NCBI GenBank assembly: GCA_965261595.1
Contig: CBDHDG010000007.1
Span: 992,001 to 1,056,000, forward strand
Reading direction: 5' to 3'
Source: a bacterium
GTDB taxonomy: Bacteria; UBA8248; JACPRG01; G963555815
Length of the DNA stretch: 64,000 bases
Below the pieces are notes generated by a model that saw nothing but the letters and a program-made list of their open reading frames with translations, had not been told where the DNA came from and ran no database searches. The first letter of the stretch is position 1; each line of letters opens with the position of its first letter. A program made the translations under genes and the position numbers. Below are positions 32,616 through 42,035 of the stretch, piece after piece.

Positions 32616-33385
32616 CTATGCGCCATAGCGGAGCCTCGCGACGGCCCCGCGGGCAGCGAGCTGGCCCCTGGCGTACCGGCCGGGCATTTCCGGCGACTTC
32701 CACCGGCCCGCCGTTTGCATATCGACAACGGAGGCCCCGGCCGCTGCGAGCGATTGCGCGGCGCCGACCCGGAGCGAATGCTCCGAAATGCGGCCCTCGA
32801 CCCCGGCATCCGCCGCACGGCGCGCGATGATGCGCCGGAGCGAGCGGTCCGCTATGCACTCGTTCCCCACAACCGCGCCGCGCCGCACGCGCCGGAACAT
32901 CGGCCCCGCCCGGTGGCCGGCCGCATCTAGCCAAACCTGCACGCGCCGCACGGTCGGCGAGCCTATGAACTGCACGGCGCCCTCGCCCTTTTGGTCTGTT
33001 TTCGAGTACCGGATGGTGAGCCGGCCGGACCCGTCCGTTTCGGTGGCAAGGTCGGCGCAATCGAGGGCGGCGACTTCGGAAACCCGGAGCATTGCATCGG
33101 ACATGAGGGCGACGATTGCCGCATCGCGGAGCCCGGCAAGCGAGCCCCCCCAATTCGCCGCAACGGCCCCGATTGCATCGGCCTGTTCCCATCGGATCCC
33201 AGCGACTTGCCCGCGGCCCCGGTCCCGAGCTTCCCGCCGGAAGCCGGCGAGCACGCGATCCGTTGCCGGACCCGCGGGCGACGGCTGGCCGGCGAGTTTG
33301 GCCCGGAGCTTCGCCGCGGCGACTGCCTGACCGGCGACGGCGGGCGCGCGGCCCGCATCGTGCAACGTCGCGAGGTACGCGGCGG
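32616..33385 (-). pseudogene. Cre/XerC-like tyrosine recombinase, 5'-truncated at the CRISPR repeat
   Basis: RDAAIVAL..LRVSEV, SKTDQ, HSLRVG, GRWKS..MPGRY; N-terminal part replaced by repeat-containing DNA. Confidence 0.8.
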
Positions 33386-33403
33386 GGGTTGTAGCGATGG
33401 CGA

Positions 33404-33432
33404 GTGTTCCCCGCCCACGCGGGGATGACCCG
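33404..33432 (+). CRISPR. second isolated type I-E repeat (no leader)
   Basis: Identical 29-mer GTGTTCCCCGCCCACGCGGGGATGACCCG. Confidence 0.92.
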
Positions 33433-33491
33433 TGCACTTATGGCTACCCGTTGACTGGTTCGACGGAACAATCGAGGAGATTCTGAGATGA
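33432..33491 (+). pseudogene. 3' end of a phage gene (VRR-NUC-like C-terminus)
   Basis: VHLWLPVDWFDGTIEEILR*; stop overlaps next ATG (ATGA); resembles the VxxWRPxDW..IEE.L tail of phage VRR-NUC proteins. Confidence 0.5.
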
Positions 33492-33832
33492 CAGCAGATG
33501 ACGACAACACTATCAACCGGAGATCGACTGTTGCTTACCCCCTCATAGGGACCGCCCGTACGGTCGAGACTGCGCTGGCCCCGGAACCGGAACCGGAACG
33601 CTACGTCAGAGCCTCGGTCTACGAGTTGAGCCTGAAGATCAACCGCGAATTGCGGAAAGAATTAGAACAGTACGATGTGGAAGTGCAGAGAAGGGGAAGG
33701 GGAAGGGTGAGCATTGACGAAATCGACGAAGAGATCGAGGAAGCGAAGGAGAGGCTTGAGAAGGCGTACCGAAGACGCGCCCGATATTTCCTTCGAGCAG
33801 TTGAACGTCGTGAACAGGAGAAGACCACATGA
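33488..33832 (+). CDS. hypothetical phage protein
   Basis: 114 aa, GAGGAG RBS, ATGA-coupled on both sides, coiled-coil-like. Confidence 0.65.
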   Translation: MTADDDNTINRRSTVAYPLIGTARTVETALAPEPEPERYVRASVYELSLKINRELRKELEQYDVEVQRRGRGRVSIDEIDEEIEEAKERLEKAYRRRARYFLRAVERREQEKTT

Positions 33833-34035
33833 GCATCCACAAACTAACGCCACCAAGAGGTTGCCCGAAGTGCGGATACGAAGGGGCATTCAGAGGCCCG
33901 CGCTATCAGGAGGTGTTCGGCGGCATCGATCTTCCCAGGCGAATGGAGTGGGACTGTAAGGTATGCGGGTTCGTGAAGGTGACTGCGCCATTGGACGTGG
34001 AGAAGCGCGATGAAGAGGAGGCAAAGGTACTGTGA
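33829..34035 (+). CDS. small zinc-ribbon protein
   Basis: CPKC...CKVC, AGGAG RBS. Confidence 0.65.
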   Translation: MSIHKLTPPRGCPKCGYEGAFRGPRYQEVFGGIDLPRRMEWDCKVCGFVKVTAPLDVEKRDEEEAKVL

Positions 34036-34124
34036 CAAGGGGGCCGAGGCGTGGGGTTGGGGTATATGGCAAAATACTTAACTTAATGGTTAAATATCGG
34101 GCATCCTAGGGTTTAGGAGGCACA

Positions 34125-34289
34125 ATGAGCACTCAAATCCTTGTCGGCGACGCGCTATCCAGGCTCCGGGACATGCCCGATGGATCGGTTCACTGCTGCG
34201 TAACGAGCCCGCCCTACTGGGGCCTCCGGGCCTACCGGGGTGATGCCGGGATGATCGGGCTTGAGCCGACGTTTGCCGAGGTGGTGTGA
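34125..34289 (+). pseudogene. phage N4/N6 DNA methyltransferase, N-terminal fragment
   Basis: MSTQILVGDALSRLRDMPDGSVHCCVTSPPYWGLRAY..IGLEPT then stop. Confidence 0.8.
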
Positions 34290-34792
34290 TGGACGTACGT
34301 GAAGCTATCACCCTGATCGGTTCCGCTGCCATGTGTAAAGAGTCCGGCGTGGCCAAGGTGACTGTGGACGTGGCCAAGAAGAATAACCGTTTTCAGGAAA
34401 CGTCAGCCGGTCAGAAGATGCGGAATGTTTGCAAAGCCCATGCCCTAGACGTTGACGGGGTGAACGGCAACGGCGAAGACGGCCAGGCGGAGCTCCCCAT
34501 CGCCGATCCGCTTCTGGTGCGGATCAAGAAAGAGGAATTGCGGCAGAAAGCGGCGGACGCGGACAAGCGAGAGCGGTTGAACGAAGAGGCCAATGGTACG
34601 CTGGTTCCCGCGGAGGATGTGGCGGCACGTCATGGACTGGCTGGAACGCACCTCCGGTCCACCATTGATTCGGTGCGCAGGGACCTGGACACGACGTTGT
34701 GCGATGGGTGCCGGGAGGTTGTTCTGGGTCAATACGACGCCGGGTTTCGGGCTGGAATCGAGGCGGTTAGGGCCGCGCTGGAGGGGGAATGA
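34289..34792 (+). CDS. probable terminase small subunit (Nu1-like)
   Basis: ADKRERLNEEANGTLVPAEDV motif; coupled to a GpA-like gene. Confidence 0.6.
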   Translation: MDVREAITLIGSAAMCKESGVAKVTVDVAKKNNRFQETSAGQKMRNVCKAHALDVDGVNGNGEDGQAELPIADPLLVRIKKEELRQKAADADKRERLNEEANGTLVPAEDVAARHGLAGTHLRSTIDSVRRDLDTTLCDGCREVVLGQYDAGFRAGIEAVRAALEGE

Positions 34793-35049
34793 GTACAGCC
34801 TAGGCAGAAGTCTGGCGTGACCTTGCCGGGGTATTCGAGTCCGCCGCAGCCCCTCGCCTGCCGCTGGACGAATGGGCGGCGAAGTATCGGCGGGTTGTCG
34901 GCGGCCCGCGGCCGGGACCATGGAACCCGGCGAACGCTCCGATGTCGCTTGAGCCGATGCGCGCGGTCTCGGATCGGCGGGTGGCGCAGGTGACGATCTG
35001 CGCGCCGGCTCAATTGCTCAAATCGGAATTCTGCATCAACTGTGCGGTA
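34789..35049 (+). pseudogene. lambda GpA-like terminase large subunit, N-terminal fragment
   Basis: LPLDEWAAKYRRV..PGPWN..EPMRA..VTICAPAQLLKSE; premature TAG at codon 5, truncated. Confidence 0.75.
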
Positions 35050-35281
35050 AAGGGCGAGTATTGGGGCGCACCAGCTTGCACGCTTCGGGGCTCACTCCCC
35101 GCGATTGGCGATTCATGCACGAGAGCGGGGCTCTCGTCAGGCTCCGGGTCGCCGTTACCGGCACTCAGTGCCGTTTTCTCGGCTTCGTCCGGGTCCGTCT
35201 CGCGCCCGGCAACGAACGCTTGAATCCCGCCCGCATCGTGCACCGCCGCCGCATCGGCGCCGGTCTCTCGCACCTTGCGCG

Positions 35282-36112
35282 TTATCCGGTGTCTTGTCTG
35301 TCCGACTCATGTGGCGGCGACTCAATGGCCGATCGTGTTACACGCGCTCTGACGGGCGACTGGTGCACGACCGACTTCACGATCTGGGCGAACCATGGTG
35401 CAGCATGCGGCGGCAGCACGATCTCCTGCACTAGAATTTCCAGATTCACAGGTATGTACCGGCCTCGCTGTTCGGCAACGTCCGGATCGAGCCGAATATC
35501 CAGATTAGTCTGGTACCCGTCCTTGAAAGGCGGGCCTGGCAGAACTGCGCGCACCTCGCCCTCGCCGCGGTATTCCATCCGCTTATGGAACAGTGGCGCC
35601 CAACCGAACCTGGCCACTTCCTTTCGGCGGTAGTCAACATACTCGATCTGCCCGAACGTGACTGGCAGTTTAGCAACCGAGTGAATTGACTCCTGCAAAT
35701 GCTGGAAGGTGGTACGGACCGCTACTCCGTCCGCGTCGGCGTAGGTCTCCCACATGAGGCTGGACTCGTGGCCGGATTCCGTCCAGCAACTTATCAAGGC
35801 AGTCCGCGCGTTGTTGCGCAGCACGTCGTGAACCTGATGTTCCGCTTGCTGCAGACGATCTCCGTGCTCGCGGGGTATCGGCGGGTAGATGAACCCTTCG
35901 TACCTGTCCTCCATGTCTCCGACCAAGGCGAAGAACAGTTCCTTTCGTTCCAGCAGGGAGCAGAACTTCGCGAAGCTCATGTAACGCCAGAGCGTGGCGG
36001 TTGCTTCGGGTACCGACGGTTCCCAAGAAGTCTCCCAACTGGAATCGGCGCCGGTAAACAAACGTTGATCGCCTAATGCCATCCCGATTAGCGGCTTTCC
36101 GTATTTGTTCAT
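35282..36112 (-). CDS. DUF2971-like protein
   Basis: LWRYMSFAKF, D.YEG, ISCW..ES..MWETY, EYVDY, HKR.EY..E.EVR. Confidence 0.65.
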   Translation of the reverse strand: MNKYGKPLIGMALGDQRLFTGADSSWETSWEPSVPEATATLWRYMSFAKFCSLLERKELFFALVGDMEDRYEGFIYPPIPREHGDRLQQAEHQVHDVLRNNARTALISCWTESGHESSLMWETYADADGVAVRTTFQHLQESIHSVAKLPVTFGQIEYVDYRRKEVARFGWAPLFHKRMEYRGEGEVRAVLPGPPFKDGYQTNLDIRLDPDVAEQRGRYIPVNLEILVQEIVLPPHAAPWFAQIVKSVVHQSPVRARVTRSAIESPPHESDRQDTG

Positions 36113-36119
36113 GAAGGCT

Positions 36120-36365
36120 CCGGAGTCGGTTCCCTCCGACAGTGGGATTGTGGCACGAACGGCGAATCGAACGTCGCGTCCGGTTGGCGCTCGCTCCACC
36201 AGAACTCCGTGCGGCGGGCAATCGGCGCGTTCAGCGTGGCTTCCCCGCGCACATCCTCGTAGAGCAGCGAGACCGTGCATCCAAACAGCCGCCGCACCTG
36301 ATTCCGAAGCCTGGTGTGCTTGTCGCCGCTAGTGCTGTAGATGCCAACCGTCCGCAGGGTTTTGA
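36120..36365 (-). pseudogene. plasmid RepA (RepA_C-like) fragment
   Basis: GIYSTSG..TRLRNQVRRLFGC..IARRTEFWW. Confidence 0.6.
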
Positions 36366-36568
36366 TTCTGGTTTTGGGTTGGGTTTTGTTGTCGGTTCGC
36401 TTGCCTGTTCCGCCGCGGTTGGGTTGCGGCCGTAAATGAACACGGCGGGTTTGGTCAGTGGTCATGGGAGGTGTCTATGGACCCAGGTGACATTAAGGAC
36501 ATATTGGCGCGGCACAGTAAAACCGATGCAGCATAATTGGGCAGAGACCCCGCAAGTAACGAGAACCG

Positions 36569-36909
36569 TTAAATGTGAATCCGCTCGATTTCGTCGAGCG
36601 ACAGTTCCTCGTGCACCCGGTTGTATAGCTGCGTAGTCCGGGTCGATTCATGGCCGGCGATGCGCGCGGCGATTTCTAAGTCGCCGCCGTTCTGCAAATA
36701 CTCGGTGATGCCGGTGCCGCGAAAACTGTGATTCGAGATTTCACCGGGCAAGCCTGCCTCGCGGGAGCGACGCTTAATCATCTTGATCGCGGTCTGACGC
36801 GTCATCGAGGAACGAAGTAACACATCTTGCCGGCGGCCCTGTCCGGACGAACGAAACAGGGGCCCTTTCTTGTCGCCGGCGACTCCGGCTCCGGCTGCCT
36901 CGAGGTAGT
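36569..36909 (-). pseudogene. tyrosine recombinase C-terminal fragment
   Basis: PLFRS, HSFRGTGITEYL, AGHESTRTTQLY; truncated by a Tn3 IR. Confidence 0.8.
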
Positions 36910-37519
36910 GGGGTCTGAGTAGCAATGGAACAGGATCCTGGCGTTTGACGCTTCCATGACATGCTTCGCGTGGCCGGTTCGCTGGCCGGTGGCAATACCA
37001 ACGCCATCGAGTTAGTCCGCGCCCTTCAAGGGGGCGGCAGACCGACGACACTCGGACGAGCCATCGCCGAATACGGACGTGTTCCCAAAACACTGCATCT
37101 GCTTCAGGTTCTCAATGACGAAAACTACCGTCGTCAGATGCTCGTCCAACTCAATCGACAGGAGGGAGAGCTGCGCAAACCCTATAGAGAAGGGCAAGAG
37201 GATCAGCTGGGCGCCCTCGGTCTCGTCGTCAACGCGATCGTCCTGTGGAACACGCGTTACATCGCGCTGGCCCTAGAGCAGCTGCGCACCGAGGGATCCG
37301 ATGTGCGAGACGAAGATGTCGAACGATTGTCACCGCTCGCTCATTGGTACATCAACCTTCAAGGAAGGTACTACTTTGGGGTACCCGAGGAAGTTCAACG
37401 AGGCGAATTACGGCCGCTGCGACATCCTGAGGACGAGTTCAATGAACTCTAAACTGCCTAATAGCAGGGAATAGCGCCCCAAAAACGCCAGGATCCTGTT
37501 CTATTGCTACTCAGACCCC
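36910..37519 (+). mobile_element. miniature non-autonomous Tn3 derivative
   Basis: 37-bp IRs GGGGTCTGAGTAGCAATRGAACAGGATCCTGGCGTTT (36910-36946 / 37483-37519) around a tnpA 3' remnant. Confidence 0.9.
36961..37452 (+). pseudogene. tnpA: Tn3 transposase C-terminal fragment
   Basis: AEYGR..KT, QLNRQE, GALGLVVNAIVLWNTRY, LSPL..INL.GRY. Confidence 0.88.
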
Positions 37520-37648
37520 GTAACCGCACGTAACCGGTTTTCCCTATGGCTACGGATCTATTCCGCCCCCGCACCCTTCCCTCCCACTCTCCGAGCCATA
37601 CATCCGGGACCATATGGTGCAGCGGTTACGCGCGGTTACGCGGTTACA
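37520..37648. repeat. GTAACC/GGTTAC iteron-like cluster (putative satellite origin)
   Basis: 2x GTAACCG at 37520-37537 and 3x CGGTTAC at 37623-37647, right after the primase-helicase stop. Confidence 0.5.
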
Positions 37649-39816
37649 CCTCGCGCCGCATCCACACGCGGCGCGGCATCCCTTCGATGCGCCTCAGAAC
37701 GCGCTCAAACCCCCGCGCCCGGAGCAACCCCGCGAGCTTGCGCTGGTTCGACTGGTTCACGTTCCCGGACACGTCGCACAGCAGGCAGGCTTTCCCCACT
37801 TCGCGCAGGGTGAAGCCTTGCCGGGCTGGTTGCAGGTCGAGGTATCCGTCAAGCGCATCCTCGAGCACGTCGTCGCCCGATCGGTGCGCTTCGTTCGCGG
37901 CCGACTGCACGCCTTCGAGTTCTTCGGGCAACCGCGCCGCCGCGCCGCCGCGGTGCAGGTGCAGGGCCTCGGCCCATAGCATGTCCCGCTCGGCGAGCAT
38001 GACTTCGCGCGCCCCGGCCGCGCCCCGTTCGTGCGGATCAACCTCGACCACCAGGAAGCGCCGGAGCCCGGTCCAATCGTTCGGTAGACATTCGGCTTCG
38101 TTCGACGTGCCAATCAGGATGCAGCGCCGCGGCATCGGCTCGGGGTTGCGGAGCCACGCGAGCCTTATCCCCCCGTCGTTCGTCCGGGAGAGAAACGCCT
38201 TGAGGCCCTGAATCTCGGCGCGGGTCGAGCCCGTCATCTCGGCCACTTCGACCATGACGACGCCTTGCAGGGCCTCGGCGCGCACCTTCGGGTCCGCCGC
38301 GAGGTTGAGCTGGTCGGAAAACCACTCGGGCCGGTCCTCGGGAAACGCGAGGGCGAGCACGGAAGACTTGCCGGCACCCTGCGGCCCCACAAGCACCGGG
38401 AGCACGTCGAGCTTGGACCCGGGCTTGTAGGTGCGCTCTACGGCCCCGAGAAAGACGTACCGGGAGCACCAGCGGGAGAGCGCATCGTCATTGGTGCGGA
38501 ACGCCCGCCCGAGCCACGTGGACAAGCGTTCAACCTTGTCCCATGCCGGTAGGGCCTCGATCCACGTGCGAAACGGATCAACCTCTCGACCGTGCAGGAT
38601 GGAATTGAGAGAAGTCACCCACCGTTCGCGGCCGTAGAGGGCCGGCCTCTCGTTGTGCGCGATCTTGAACGATGCGGCGATCAACTCGCGGATATCGTCG
38701 TCGACGCGATCGTTTGCCGGTGCCCAACCGCCGCCGCGGTTCCACTCGTGCGAGCTCGTGCGCAGGTTGTACCGGACATCGATCCCGAGTTGCGAGAGGG
38801 CGGATTCAAGACTTGCCTTGTCCCGCCTCGGCAGCGGCGCGAAGCCCGTCGCCTCGGTCGCGCCCTCGGGCTGGCCGCCCCCCCTCGACGGCCACCAGGG
38901 CGGGCCGCCCGTTCGCGTCCGCGAGCTTCATCGCCTCTTGCGGCTCGGGGTCGCGATCCCGGTGCCACGAAAGAGGATTGACGAGATTCTCTATCCGCTT
39001 CGCCACCACGTCGAGCCGGATGGACTTGAGTTCTTCCCGGTGTTCGAGGATCGCCCGCACGTCGACACCCGGGGGGACCGGATCGGCAAGGTCCCACTTC
39101 GCCGGCAGCACCGGCAGCTCGACGATCCGCACGCTGGCGGCGCCGGCCGCGGTCGCGAGCTTGGAGACCTTCTCGGCGTGCTCGATGCCGCCAGCATCGG
39201 CGTCCGGCCAGATCACCACCGCGCGGTCTGCGAGCGGCGTCCAATCGGTCTCCCCCGCCTGACTGGACCCGCCGATCGAAGTCGTCACCAGGTAATCAGG
39301 GAAGTGTTCAGCGGCGTGCTCGACAGTGTGCTCGCCCTCGACTACCAGGACCGGATCGGCAGGTCGCTCGGGTAGCTCGCGCACGTGGTACAGAGGATGC
39401 GGCGCCTTCACTCCCGACGGTTCGCGCCACGGTCGCCGGCCTACTTTCTTGCCGGTCGCCGAGTCGCGGTACATGCACACTTCGACATGCAGCACGCCGT
39501 CCGGGCGGTAGTAGGGATAGCGTCTCAGCACGCCCTTGGATGTCGTTTCCCGATTTCCCATGTAGGGTTGGGAAACGGAAACGACCTTGCCGTTTCGCCG
39601 TTCAGGCCACAGTCCGCGGCCCTTCAGCTCGGCGATCACGTCCTCCTGCGAGCATCCTTTGTGACACTTGACGAGCACCCGGCCGTCGACGCCATCGGTG
39701 ATCGAGAGTGACGGATTCTTGTCGTCGTGGGCAGGACAGCACGCGGTCCACCCGTCGCCGGACCGGCGTGCCTTCTCTAGCCCGTTCGCGACGGTTTCAG
39801 CCGTGGTATTATCCAT
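37644..39816 (-). CDS. primase (Zn finger + TOPRIM)-VirE/VapE helicase, split by frameshift(s) near 38700-38900
   Basis: CCPAHDDKNPSL..CHKGC; VVEGE..WPDADAGG; PGSKLD..LVGPQGAGKS, EVAEM, GTSN, TGLRRF. Confidence 0.85.
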
Positions 39817-40123
39817 GCCGATTCTCGGTGTTGCGTCGGGAGTCGTTCATTCGGAAAGCGCGATCTGTCGGGCGAGCGCACCCGGCATCCGGAGCCCCGG
39901 CCTCGCCATCGGCCGTGCCGGGGCTTCGTTCGTTGCAGGCTGCGCGTGTCGATTCCAGCCAGCCATCAACATCGGCCAGACGCCAGCGTGGCGACGTAGG
40001 AGAGAGTGTTGCCGGGGTCGGAAAGGATGGATCTCGCCGCCGCAGCCTCCACAAGCCTTGACGGGTCATCCGCAGATACGCCGCCACGTCGGCAGCGGTC
40101 ATCAGGGGGGTTGGTGCTTCCAT
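39809..40123 (-). CDS. alpA: AlpA-like regulator
   Basis: LMTAADVAAYL..LWRL..FPTP..PRWRLADVDGW. Confidence 0.75.
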   Translation of the reverse strand: MEAPTPLMTAADVAAYLRMTRQGLWRLRRRDPSFPTPATLSPTSPRWRLADVDGWLESTRAACNERSPGTADGEAGAPDAGCARPTDRAFRMNDSRRNTENRHG

Positions 40124-40207
40124 GTAGCGCCTCGCGTCAATTGGAGTCGACGCGGGGAATTCTACGATAGGGTCGTGTCCGGATGGAACGGCCCCAGACT
40201 GGACAGA

Positions 40208-40561
40208 CTATTTCGGCCAGCGCATCCAGGCGTAGAGGGTAGACCGTGAGTACTTCGTCTCCTTCGTGAGAATGCGCACAGCATCGGCCACTGAAATGCC
40301 GGTGCGCTCGACATGGAAGAACACCATCGCGCGATAGACGTGCATCTCTACCGACAGCGACAGCGGTACCCCGCCCGGAGTCTTGAGCCGCACGAACCGC
40401 CGCCGAAGTGCCGCGAGTTCCAGCAGAAAAGACAGATGCTCGCGTGGCACCTTGCCCACCATATTGTCGATCCAGTCGTTGATGTCCTCGCCCTTGTCGG
40501 GCATGTAGCCATGGTCCAAGGCGTGCCGGATGCACTGCGTCATGACGTGCGGCGCGCTCAT
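40208..40561 (-). CDS. hypothetical protein
   Basis: MSAPHVMTQ... coupled to integrase stop; C-terminal SRSTLYAW is HTH-like. Confidence 0.55.
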   Translation of the reverse strand: MSAPHVMTQCIRHALDHGYMPDKGEDINDWIDNMVGKVPREHLSFLLELAALRRRFVRLKTPGGVPLSLSVEMHVYRAMVFFHVERTGISVADAVRILTKETKYSRSTLYAWMRWPK

Positions 40562-41715
40562 CGGATCGTCACCACGTCGGCCTTGACAACGGTGACGTAC
40601 CGCGCCCATCGGTCGAGGAGGAGCCGCCGCTTCTCCAGGAGGCTCGAATGCTGGTACGCGGCCTCGACGCGATTCGGGTTGACGTGGGCAAGGCATTCCT
40701 CGGCGACCTCGCGCGGTACGTCGGTTCTCTCCGCCGCCCACATGCGAAAGGCACTCCGCATCCCGTGCGGCGTCCCGGCGACACCGACCTCCTTCGCGAG
40801 CTTCGATAGCGTCATGTCGGACATGACCTTGCCCCGCGCGCTCGGGAACACCAGGCCGCTCAGGTCGCGCAGATCCGCCGCCTCGCGCAGCACGTCGATC
40901 GCCGCGTCGGACAAGGGAACAACGTGCTCTCTCTCGGCTTTCATCCGTTGCGCCGGGATGGTCCACGTGCGCGCCCCCAGGTCGATCTCCTCCCACCGCG
41001 CCCCGCGTACCTCGCCCGAACGGCAGGCGGTCAGCACGAGGAGCGCGAAGGCGGGTTTGGTGGTGGGGTAGGCGCGGGACTCCCGGATGCGCCTCAGAGC
41101 GTCCGGCACGCCCTCGTAGCCGCACGTCCGATGATGTCGGCGTAGGCTCCCGTTCCGTGGCAACGCCGCCCCGATGACGGTCACGGGGTCGAACTCGCGA
41201 TGTCCCTGCGCGACGCACCACCGCATGACGGTCGAGATGCGCTGCTTCGTCCGTCTCGCGGTCTCCGGCTTCGTCAGCCAGATCGGCACCAGCGCGCCCA
41301 TGATGTCCTTCGGCGTGATGTCCGACACGGGGCGGTCGCCGAGCGTTGGGTTGACGTAGGTTTCGATGGTCGCGATCCATTGCGCGCGGTGCTTCGGGTT
41401 GCGCGCGTTCGCGGTCTGGATCTTCCACGCCTCGATCGCCGCCTCGCGGAACGTCGGCACCGTCGACGACTGGCGTGGATCTCCTCCGGCCCGGGCGATC
41501 CGCTTGTTGGCGAGGGCGACTTCGCGCGCCTCTGCCAGCGTCACTACGTCGGCGCCGCCCAGCCCCATGTCCACCCGCGCGCCGCGGATGACGATGCGTT
41601 GCACCCAGCTCTTGCGTCCGGATGCCTTCACCAATAGCATCAGGCCGTTCGCGTCACCGTACTTGCCCGGCGCCTTCGCGGTCGAGACGAATCGAGCATT
41701 GAGCTTGCTTGCCAT
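40558..41715 (-). CDS. int: P4-type tyrosine integrase
   Basis: PGKYGDANGL..KSWVQR; TACRSGE, HGMRS, LAH, AAY. Confidence 0.93.
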   Translation of the reverse strand: MASKLNARFVSTAKAPGKYGDANGLMLLVKASGRKSWVQRIVIRGARVDMGLGGADVVTLAEAREVALANKRIARAGGDPRQSSTVPTFREAAIEAWKIQTANARNPKHRAQWIATIETYVNPTLGDRPVSDITPKDIMGALVPIWLTKPETARRTKQRISTVMRWCVAQGHREFDPVTVIGAALPRNGSLRRHHRTCGYEGVPDALRRIRESRAYPTTKPAFALLVLTACRSGEVRGARWEEIDLGARTWTIPAQRMKAEREHVVPLSDAAIDVLREAADLRDLSGLVFPSARGKVMSDMTLSKLAKEVGVAGTPHGMRSAFRMWAAERTDVPREVAEECLAHVNPNRVEAAYQHSSLLEKRRLLLDRWARYVTVVKADVVTIR

Positions 41716-41858
41716 CGGGTACCCCTCCGTCGGTCACAATTGTTCCCACAAACCGACGATACTTAAGGCACCCACAGTTTACAAGCGTTGACGCTAACTC
41801 ACTGATAAGGTTACGAGAGTTTACGGCAGTCGACCGGAGTAATAGCGCTCATGGCAGA

Positions 41859-41872
41859 CTCCCTCTCCGCCA
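41859..41872 (+). other. putative att site (tRNA-Ser-like 3' end)
   Basis: CTCCCTCTCCGCCA about 145 bp upstream of int; no intact cognate tRNA in window. Confidence 0.6.
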
Positions 41873-42035
41873 GGAATTCATCTCTACGCGTCGCCTTCTT
41901 CAAACTTAGTCGCTTCGGCATGCGCGACACGCCTGTCCGCGATGTCTCCAGTTCCGCTCGCTATCCTGCCGTGACACCGGCCGAAGATGCCGGAGATTGA
42001 GCATCAGACGGCAGGCCGCGATTCATCACGCGGCG

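Larger units (their letters stand above)
33402..33626 (+). repeat. 225-bp inverted repeat, copy B
   Basis: Reverse complement of 21108-21332. Confidence 0.95.
37520..41872 (-). mobile_element. PICI-like satellite (int-hyp-alpA-primase/VirE), truncated by mini-Tn3
   Basis: Gene order and adjacent tRNA-like att. Confidence 0.75.

Noticed and set aside
33581..33598. (CCGGAA)x3 microsatellite
   Set aside because: In-frame PEPEPE linker with the same length in both copies; no sign of variation.
35050..36260. Possible closing CRISPR repeat after the phage fragment (TCCCCGCG near 35096 and 36242)
   Set aside because: No complementary GCGGGGA arm or repeat flanks, so a full two-ended integration is not demonstrated.
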